A stretch of DNA of 44,201 bases from Cladosporium halotolerans (taxonomy: Eukaryota). The notes under the pieces were generated by a model. The model was not told the origin of the DNA. It did no database searches and saw only the letters and a program-made list of their open reading frames with translations. Of this stretch, positions 35,081 through 44,201 are shown piece after piece (positions within the stretch are counted from its first letter, which is position 1; each line of letters opens with the position of its first letter). The translations under genes and the position numbers were made by a program. The stretch is from positions 124,001-168,201 of the forward strand of contig NW_027191492.1 in assembly GCF_011745625.1 (NCBI RefSeq), read 5' to 3'.

Positions 35081-35303
35081 GGGGACACCGCTCGTGTCAT
35101 CAGCGACGCGGTGACGCAGCTCGAAGCACTGCCGTGACTAGTGTCTTTCGCTCGATGTACGAGTGCAGCGATGTGAATCCCGCATTCGGGACTGGACGGG
35201 AGTGCCCAGAGACGGGCAACACAAAATGGGTTACGTCGCATATATTTACCGTCCATGGTTCCGATATGCATTTGATAACCGTAAATTGACTGTTCAATTG
35301 CCT

Positions 35304-36101
35304 TCAAAGAAGGGCTTGATCCTCGCGCCATGCAATGTAGCGCTCCTTCCACTCGATACGTTCAAAGCCATAATGGAACATACCAACTTCGTCGTCGGGT
35401 GTTGGTATGACCTGAATCCCGTCGTAGTCATCACCGAGCTCTTGCAAAGCCTGCTTCTCAGTCCTTTCCGTCCCATCGCTAAACCGAATACCTTTTCCGC
35501 CCTCAGCTTGCATCATGAATCTGTCCGAGCTCAGGATTGGTGACCCTTCATCGTTTATCGCGATATCATTGCCACTGTCATCTTCATCGCTGTCACTTTC
35601 AATTTCGTCCTCTAGGGACTTGCAGATAAGGACTAATTCATTCTCCAAGCATTTCCTAGTCACAACCGCGCAAAAGCGTTTGCTTAACGGCTTTGGTGGT
35701 TTCGGTGCATTTCTGATGAAAGTAATCGCATCCGGCACTGTTTTTCCAATGAAAGGTGAACGCCAGTCAGTGTCTATAGGGAAAGAAGTACCCAGCGTAG
35801 AGCGCCTTTTGTAGTCAGGCAAAGTGTCATAGTTGTCCGCCAGCCAGAGGGTCAAGTCGCCCTTGATCCTCGCGGCATTCTCGCGAAGCAGTGTATTCAC
35901 CGTCTATGACATACACCATGGGTCAGTGCCGTCCTTTTGGACCTCAATGGAGTTCTTCTATACCTCGTTAGGTATGTCGTCGAGCACAAACAACGCCAAC
36001 AAGTCTTGAGCACCCCTGTCCGCCCCCATTTCGCCCGTCCAGACCTCGCCGTCGCATCCCGCATCATTAGTCCCAGCAGTATTTTCCGAATGTGTTGACA
36101 T
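35304..36101 (-). CDS. Hypothetical protein (~245 aa, two exons)
   Basis: ATG at 36101, intron 35963-35904 (GTATAG..CTGAC..TAG), giving ...LLALFVLDDIPNE/TVNTLLREN...WRSPFIGKT.... Globular-looking; family not recognised. Confidence 0.7.
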
Positions 36102-36985
36102 TGGCACAAAGTTGGTGGTGCAAGGAGCATTTGAGTATATCCGTGTGCGAGGATCGGATCGCAATGCGCAGGAGTGTGGAAGTCATGGCGGCATTAGAAG
36201 GTTCGGTCACGTAGACAAAATCATGGCGGTGACGTTCGTGCCCAGCGGCCGTCAAAGCCCAGTCAGCGTTGCCGCTCCATGCGATCCTCCAATTTCCGAG
36301 AAGTCTCAAGCACGTTCCTTTTCTGTACTCTGCTACAGCTTATTAGTCAATCCTGCGACACACCGCAATCCTTCGTCCAGACATACTGCTAACTTAGCAT
36401 GGGTGACGCTTGTAGATGCATGCGCGCCTGGAACAACCGTGGCAGGATTGCGTTCCCTCGGACAACAGACGGGAGCTGTCGTGAACGGCTCTGCAGACCG
36501 CGAAGGGACTGTGACAATGCATCAGGTATATATACGGTTGAGATATCCGTAGTAACGCTGCATCAATGCCTTCACTCGCCTACGTATCCCGAAATGCTTC
36601 TATACTTGTTCCTGTGGTTGCCATTCGCCTCGGCAAGTAGGGTTCACGAGAGAGGCTATGGAAGATGGTCACATGCCAAAAATCTCAAAGATCCAGCACC
36701 AGGAGACTATTGTACGCAAGAGAAGATACAAGACGAAACAGTCGGGTGGTGGAAAAATCCACTTAGGAACATTTTTGAGGTGTTCCTTTCCTGGTTGGTG
36801 AGACTCTGCGCAGGTGCATTTCTACCGTGTCGTATCACCCGCCAAAGTCTGATCATTGGTCTCAAGATAATCCGAAGATGCACCGATCCAGCTAAAGCTC
36901 ATTCTGCCGCGTACTGGTACTCATGAGAGTTTCGATAGCTCTGGGTCATCGATGGTGCTGGGCGCGGTCGGATCTCGAGCTTCAG

Positions 36986-39158
36986 CTACCTTCCTAAACT
37001 CATATCTGATAGACCCCAGCCAGATATATCATCTCCAGCAAATCCCCAGGCATATTCGCCCAGACCAGCTTCCAGATTCTCCATGAATTCTTCTGACATG
37101 ATCGGCCAGTTTGACTCTGTCAGGTAAGTTGATGAAAGGTCAAACTGTGAAGCGTTGAGGTCCATATTCATAGATGCAGGGATGAAGGAGTCTATCGGGT
37201 CTGGAATCTGTATGTGTGCAGCATGCGATGAATCGTGGTGATGGCCGTCTAGAGCTCGAAACGTTTCGTTCGTTGTTGGTGTAACGTTCCCATTAGCTGC
37301 GTCTTGCTCACGATGACCGTATATCTTGCGCATTACCAGATCTTTCAGCTCGTCAAACACGACAGCGAAGCTTCGGACATCAGGCATTTCCTTCTCGAAT
37401 GAGTGAAGGATTTTTGAACACAACTCAAGAGTGCTGGGGAGCTTGCTAAGCTCAATTGGGGATGACATGCGGTCGATAGCCTCGCTCATGTTGACGCAGA
37501 AAAGGATCGACAGGCCTGCAGTGAAAATACCCTGGAAGTAGCTCCGCGTCCATGTAATGTATGAATGCTCAAGCATGTCGGAGTACAGAGTAATCACCTT
37601 GGTAGCTGAGGCGAGAGCTTGTGCCAGAAGCTCCGGAGGTGGAGAGTTGTTTCTGACCTTAGGCGCGATTTGCATCGCGCCGCGGACAAGGATAAGCCTG
37701 TCCTTCTCTAGGAGAAAGTCATAGAATTCCGGGCGCTCGTAGAGCGATTTAGGCGTCGTGAACACCGGCGCGCCCTGCCTCCACTCGTTTAGCTGCGCCA
37801 TGAAATCCTGGACCATTACTTGCACGTAGCCAGCGGAAGTCGAAGGTAATGGTGTCCCATAGGCGCTGCGTGAGTGCTGTTTTCGCCCATTGAAGAACTC
37901 GGTATGGATGCGAGAACTAATTTGCCGCAAACGGATATAAAAGACAAAGACGGAGACTTCTGTTGGGAACGGCGGCACGATATCTGCTACAGCAGAAAGT
38001 GAGAAGATGTCGGCCGCTTTGAGAGCATCATCGTCGGCCAGTATCGGGAGAGGTACAGTGATGTCTTCGTCTGCGATGGCAAAAGGTCGACCCAGGATTC
38101 CAGAACTGTACCGGTCCAGGATATAGCATTCCCAGAATATCCGACGCTGCTTCTGTTCGTCTAGTGGCATCACGGGTATGTGTGGCGCCGCGTGATAGCC
38201 CAGCTCGATACATTGCCTCATGCAAAACTGTGAAATATCCCACAGCGAGGTGCCGATATGCTGGTACATTCCAAACCTTGCGAGGAGCAGTGAGTTTTGA
38301 ATGGCATCTGGGCTACCAATGAGTGGTACATCTTTCACGTGAGCGAGCGCAGCTAGATAGTATCCGAAGGGATGTTCACGGGATAACCCAGCTCTGTACC
38401 TTGTCACGCCACTAATGGCGAAAATCATGAAAAGCCGAAAGCGATCTTGAGCCGAACTCTGTTCGCTCTGACCAGAGGTGTAGACTTGGTTGTAGACATC
38501 TAAAACATCTTTCCTTACAAGAAATGTATGATTGATGTGGAAGCGGGAGAAGCTTCAATGGCGTATGTCAGTACACAGGCTGTTGACCCACGTTGGGCAC
38601 TCGACTGGACGTACTAGTTCTCTAGCAAAGCTTCAGCTTCAGCTTCCAGAGGAAAGTCATGGGCAGAGATGTTGAGCTCGGGCATCTGTGGTCGTGGTTC
38701 GTTCCCTCGAGGTCTTCGGTCCCACCACTCAGTATTTGCGAACACAGATCCTAGCAAACTGGGAATTCGTCAGAATGAGGTTGAGTCTGCAAGCGATTGA
38801 GTAGATGTCACCTTAGCCCGCTATTTTCGCCTACGTAACCACTGAGGGTCGTGGTTGACTCTATTGAGTGAGCATTAATCGGACTTGGACATTCACGGGT
38901 TCGCTGAAGCGCGTTCGCTCCAGCAGTCTCACGCGGCGATATTGTCGGTTCTTCAAATTTGGCCTCCAGTTGAGCTTCTTTGCGCTCGAGATCGGAAATA
39001 TACTCTCTGGTGTACTGTTTTTGAGTTGTGGGATCGACAATGATGCATGCTAAAGCGGATTTGCTGCAAGCACTGCATTTTGGGGCGGCGTGATCGCAGC
39101 GAATCTTGCGTAGCCGACATCGCTGGCATGCGGGAATCTGTTGCGTTTCTTCAACCAT
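36986..39158 (-). CDS. Zn(II)2Cys6 transcription factor with fungal-specific TF domain (UaY/Ppr1-like)
   Basis: ACQRCRLRKIRCDHAAPKCSACSKSALAC, and middle homology region RRIFWECYILDRYSSGILGRPFAI. Two introns lie between 38550 and 38810. Confidence 0.92.
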
Positions 39159-39419
39159 CTTAGCCTTGTTTGGCCTCTGGTCGCGCTGGAGATTGTTGTC
39201 AGTAGTTTGGCTTGGTGCTTCCGTAGGAGGGTATATGCGGGCAGCGGGCGCCAGAGGAGATGTCGGCAAATGAAGCGGAAACGCCGACGTCGGCCGCCCG
39301 CCGAGACATGCTTCATTTGTGGATACTTTCTTACGCCTTTGCAACTCTCGGGACCATCAGAGCTTAGGCAAGAGTTATTTTCTTTCCTGGGCGACCAAAC
39401 AAGAGGTATCTGGTATTCA

Positions 39420-40408
39420 TCATTGTGTTCGTACAGTTTTGATGTCTGGGATTGCTACAGCACCTCGGCAATGCCACTCAACAGTCTGGATGTTTCCTTC
39501 GAGACTGTCGGTAATAAACAACGTCCTGCCTTCCGGGCCACCAAAACAACAGTTGGTAAGATTGATACCAGCTGTTCCACTCACGATCCTCGCTTTCGGA
39601 ATCCCGTCCGAGTCTACGACGAATATACATCCAAGACTTGGATGGCAAACAAACAAAGATCCTTCTTCATCTAAAGCCAGGCCATCGGGCCCAGCGTTAC
39701 CGAAGGATTGGAAGAAAACTCCTCCTTTAGTCGTCGTCCCATCCTCGTGAAGTGGAAGGCGCCAGACTTGATTGCCACGCGTCATCGCAACATAGAGGAA
39801 CCGCTCGTCGCGTGAGAGTACCAGGCCGTTTGGGGACACGCCGTTTTCAACCAGCGTGTCTAATTTCCCCTCTGGAGACAACCTATACACCTTTCCTGTT
39901 GGGTCTGTGACTCCAGTCTGTCCCTGGTCGGTGAAGTAAAGATTGCTCTTGGAGTCTGTGATGAGATCATTGGGGCCTTTAAAGCGCTCAAGATGGCGAC
40001 GGGTCATCTTGGGCTTGATTGTCCCTTTGCTGGGATCAAACAAAAGGATCCCCTTCGACAGTATGTTAGAGCGATTCTTCACCTCACGGTGAGCTCACAC
40101 ACCTGTTTGTAATCGGCGACGAGCAAATCCCCGTCCGTAGTTGGCGTCAGGCCGTTGGGCTCGCCGTCCCATTCCGCGGCAACAATGACGTTTTTGGCGG
40201 AGTCAATTCTCAGAACTCTGCCAAAAGGGACGTCCACGACAAACAGATTGCCATCCCGGTCGGCAACTGGACCCTCCAGAAAGATGTCTTGGAACTTCCG
40301 AGCAAAGCCTCCACGCCACTCGGTATCCCTTCCTACGCATCTCTTGTCGTCGGGAATGCGCAGGTATAGTGCAGCCTGGATCACAGGCGGGGCGGGGTAG
40401 AAGTTCAT
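39420..40408 (-). CDS. SMP-30/gluconolactonase family (six-bladed beta-propeller) lactonase, 312 aa
   Basis: Motifs FLEGP, PNGL, GPNDL..DSKSNLYFTD, SPNGLVLS and GPDGLALD. Intron at 40102-40053. Confidence 0.92.
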
Positions 40409-40769
40409 GGCGTACAGCTGTGTCCCCGGTTTCTGTGATGATTAATGAAGCCGTCTGCATGCGCCAAGCGAAAACACAGAGAAATACACCTTGCTCGCGT
40501 ACCGGTTATTGAATGATCAGTGACCACATGGAAGACGGCCGTGCGACCCACACGTACTACCTAGGTACATGTGGGGCGGACTCGGCACCGAGGGCGGCCA
40601 GCGTCCGACGCGTAGGCCCTCGAGGCCGGCCGGCTGCGAAGTTCGCCCCAGCTTTCGGATGCACTCTCGCCTTCTACACTTCACCTTCGGACCATTGCGG
40701 TCACCAGCGTCCGGTGCGTCCGCCGCGATCGTTCTGCCCGGCGCACGGCTGTTGTAACTGCTTTCCAAC

Positions 40770-42851
40770 ATGACAGCGTTAATGCCTCAGGCATGCGCCA
40801 GGTGCTGGCGGAGGAAGCAGAGGGTGCGTTTCCTTTCGCCAATGCAGAGACAGCGTGATCTAAGCTGACACCCACATCTTCAGTGCGATCGTGAGCTGCC
40901 AGAGTGTCGCAAGTGTAGAGAGGCAGGCTCGACGTGCTTACAACGTCGCATGGGCGTGTTGTTGGACCCATCCCAACCAGAACCCGTCAGCTACATTGAA
41001 GGCCTGCAGGAACGGGTCCGGCAGCTCGAGCTGCGTACGGCAAAAACGCAAGAATCTTCAGACTCGACCGCAGAAAGCCAGGCCCGGTCTTCGTCTCAGC
41101 CGTCTGGATTGCCTGGAGGTGGAGATGGCGAACAGGTCCTCGACCTAGGGCAGGCTGCACCGCTTGAAACGACAAAGCATGTCATGGATTACCTCCCACT
41201 GAGCGCTATGGCGGAGCCTCGAGACCGACAGCAGATATCGCGTCAGCAATACTCTTTCGAGACGTTCTTAGGTGCAGCCGTCAGTGTTTCAGGCGCCGAT
41301 GTCACTCGCTCGAACACATCTAATACGCCATTGTCTCGGTCAATCGAAGACTTCCACAGAGAAGTTCTTCCCGCTGGCCTCAGGTTGTCGCGTCTTGCCA
41401 CGGAGACGTCAGTGCATTACTATCTATCTGTCTGCGACGTCATGTGTCCCTTCCTCAACCGAGAGGCCTTCCTTGCAGATTACGATATTCTCATGGAAAA
41501 GCTCGAGAGGGGAAGCACACAAGAGGTTGCAAATGGCTGGCCCCATGATCTGTTTTTGATCTACATTTCTGTAGCGACAGGTATCTTGTTATCGCCTGAA
41601 TACAGATACAAAGAGGGCTTCGCCGTGAAATTAGCGCAAGAGGCACTACGGCTCCTTCCGCTCGTATTGAACACGTCGGACAATGCTTCAGTAGTTCGAG
41701 CGCTGATAGCCTTGGCAGTTTTCTCAATGTATAATCCATTGGGTGGATCCCCCTGGCACCTTGTTGGACTCGCGCTTGCGCGAAGCATGTCTGCTGGTGA
41801 GTTGCGAGCTGGTGTCGTGGCTTGAGGTGTCTCTTCTAATTCTCACCGTAGGTATGCATACATCTGAAGTATCCGACCTAAGCTCGACAGACTCCGCAGC
41901 ACGAGAAAACAGTAGACTATTCTGGTCGTTGTATACACTAGACGCGTTCGTTTCCTGCTACATGATCGAAGCAATGTTGCTGACGCCACTGATAGTACTT
42001 TGAGTTCCGCCTTGAACAGACCTTTCTGTCTTCAGGATCGCGAGATAACAGCTCCTGTACGAAATTCGCGAGAGCCAGCCTTCTCAAGCAAAATCTAATT
42101 CGCACAGATGCCACTCTACTCGAATAAGCCACCCGTTGACAATTGCGACACCTTTCTGTTCCATGCTGTTCAATACGCCCATCTTCTGCACGAGATACGT
42201 CACAAAGCAAGCATGGGCACTGTGTTTCATCTTGCCAACTTTTCGCATTGGAAGGAAACGACGGCCGAGCGGCTTCATTTGCCCACGGAGCGTCAGATGA
42301 AGGATCTGGTGTCACAATCAATAGCATCATCGTCGTGCAAGCTTATCCTCCAAATTGTGAGCTGTTCTGCACCGTTCCAGAGGGATAGGCTCACACACTT
42401 GCACGCCACAGCTGACGTTGAGCTGGAAAGCCTCGTCACCACATACAAAAGAGTGGCAGACACACAGAGCCGGGTGCTGACCGCCTTTGATGGGTTGGAT
42501 ATATTATCCATCTGCATTTACGTGGTGGAACGCCATGATAACAAATCCTGGCCTTGGCGTTTGCACACGGATCCAGTCGTCCGCTCGGGTCTGGGCCTGC
42601 TCTCAACCATTTCGGAGCGGTTCCCTGGAGTCAAGCAGTGGTCGGAGATGCTTTGGCTTTTCATTGACCTGGCGTCTAATGATGGCTCGAATGTCGAGGC
42701 CGACGTCCTTCGACTGACTGAGCGGTACCACGATTCGGGCACAAGTCTACCAGCAAGCAGGTTTGATCAGATGCGAGCAATTTTAGTTGGCCGATCAGAG
42801 AATCGGGCGACTGATGACTGGGCACGAACCGGCCACGGCGTGCTCCCATGA
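40770..42851 (+). CDS. Zn(II)2Cys6 transcription factor, multi-exon
   Basis: Splicing intron 40824-40883 gives MTALMPQACARCWRRKQR/CDRELPECRKCREAGSTC. Later PWHLVGLA...GMH and RLFWSLYTLD fungal TF motifs. Confidence 0.88.
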
Positions 42852-43214
42852 TCGGTGCATCTCCACGCGAGCTGTTTCCCGCTTTGTCGGCGAAAGCCCG
42901 ACGGCTTTTCGCACCAAGTCCGAGACCTCCATCCAGTGGCGACTCCTCCAGCGACTCGCGGACCTCCGCCGAACAATGGCTCTGATTAAGGAACGGGCGC
43001 GCAACCGCCAAGACTGTTGATGCCGCATTGGCGCAACATTAATACATGCGTCAAGTGTCACTTTCTAGCGCCACTCCAGCAATCAAGCGAACTCTACCTA
43101 CACCCATCCAGTGATCACACTCTGTCAGACTGTAGCTCGTCCAACCCAGCGCTTCAATCGAGCACAACGAATCTTATCATCTTGCTCAGCCCATCCGACG
43201 AACAGACGTTCACC

Positions 43215-44201
43215 ATGGCACCGGCAAGGATCATCGAAAGTCCCCCTTCGCCACTAGCGGAGCACCACATCGACAAACCTACAGTCTATTTCCTCGACAC
43301 ATTTCATCCCGAGGCGACCAAGCACGCACAGAAGATATTCAATGTTATTCTTCCGGGGAACCCGCAGCACACGCATTGGCGGCAGGAGGCGCGATACCTC
43401 CTCATAAGAGGCTCACACCTCACCGCAAACGACGTCGCATCTTGTCCGCACCTGAAGGCAATTGGCAAGCAAGGTGTCGGAATCGACAAGATTGATGCTG
43501 CCGCATGCGCAGAGCGTGGAATCAAAATATTCAATACGCCTGGTGTCAACGCTCGTGCCGTTGCGGAGCTGGTGGTGGCTCTGACCTCGTCGGTGGCGAG
43601 GGACATTCCCGCCATCAGCGTCAAGCAACACTCTGGGCTTCGCGTCCCCAAAGAAGTATGCAACGGGCTGATGCTCTATCAAAAGACCGTTGGCGTGATT
43701 GGCATGGGCAACATTGGCCAAACGGTCGCCAAAATCTTCCAAGGCGGCTTCGAGGCACCCCTCGTGGCGTATGATCCGTTCGCGCCTGGAGATGCATGGT
43801 CAGAGCTCTCACACACCCGTGTTGCAAGTCTTGAGGAAGTTCTTCGCGTCGCGGATGTAGTGACTATTCACGTGCCGCTGACTAAAGACACTCGAGACCT
43901 TATCGCATACAAAGAGATGACACTGATGAAGCGCAACGCTATTCTTATTAATGCTTCCCGTGGAGGAATTATTAATGAAGCGGATCTCGAGAGAGCATTG
44001 GCCGAGGGTTTGATCTGGGGAGCTGGCCTGGACTGTCATGAGCAGGAGCCCCCAACGCAGGAAAAGTACTCGGCTCTTTGGTCCAAGCGCGTAGCCAGTA
44101 CGCCTCGCCAAAAGGCAACGGAGGAGAACACTGATCTCCTACTAACCCTCGCCAAAAGGCAACGGAGGAGAACACTGATCTCCTACTAACCCTAAGGCGG
44201 C
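43215..44201 (+). pseudogene. D-isomer-specific 2-hydroxyacid dehydrogenase (PGDH-like), disrupted at the catalytic TPH motif
   Basis: Motifs GVGIDKID, NTPGVNARAVAE, GVIGMGNIG, HVPLT, INASRGG and GLDCHEQEP are intact. The frame reads ...RVASTP and then runs into a tandem repeat instead of the catalytic His. Confidence 0.8.
44103..44193. repeat. Perfect 44-nt tandem duplication ending in telomeric CTAACCCTAA
   Basis: CCTCGCCAAAAGGCAACGGAGGAGAACACTGATCTCCTACTAAC at 44103-44146 and 44147-44190, then CCTAA. Confidence 0.95.

Noticed and set aside
44117..44126. CAACGGAGGA resembling a PacBio adapter fragment
   Set aside because: Only about 10-11 nt match and the flanks differ from the adapter as I recall it. 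Not fully excluded without a vector screen.
44103..44193. CRISPR-like array
   Set aside because: Eukaryotic context, and the repeats are directly adjacent with no spacers.
44098..44196. The terminal insert as a normal 99-nt intron (GTACGC..TACTAAC..AAG)
   Set aside because: Splicing would remove the conserved T-P and give A-S-G without the catalytic His, so it does not restore the enzyme.

Overview
Eukaryotic DNA from a filamentous ascomycete (Pezizomycotina; intron style and gene content suggest a Dothideomycete, which is inference). Short GT..CTRAC..YAG introns split many genes, so the ORF track misses or fragments several. The left part (1-22.5 kb) is mostly conserved genes: SEC10 (partial), an S28 peptidase, a GABA/choline-type permease, a PTH11-like membrane protein, a tail-anchored protein with an Atg8-interacting motif, an orphan gene, ALG6, RNA1, NUS1 and NSR1. 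The right part (23-44 kb) looks accessory: HSP20, an intronless bacterial-type MerB (organomercurial lyase) homologue, a ~6.7 kb NACHT-ankyrin NLR pseudogene, a small PLDc_N membrane protein, a second gene relic, and a putative catabolic cluster (two Zn2Cys6 regulators, a lactonase, a D-2-hydroxyacid dehydrogenase). The most striking signal is at the right end. The dehydrogenase is broken exactly at its catalytic TPH motif by a 2x44-nt tandem insert, which reads as a hairpin followed by CTAACCCTAA and looks like a reverse-transcribed copy of telomerase RNA (boundary element plus template). All family calls come from recognising motifs by eye; no searches were run.
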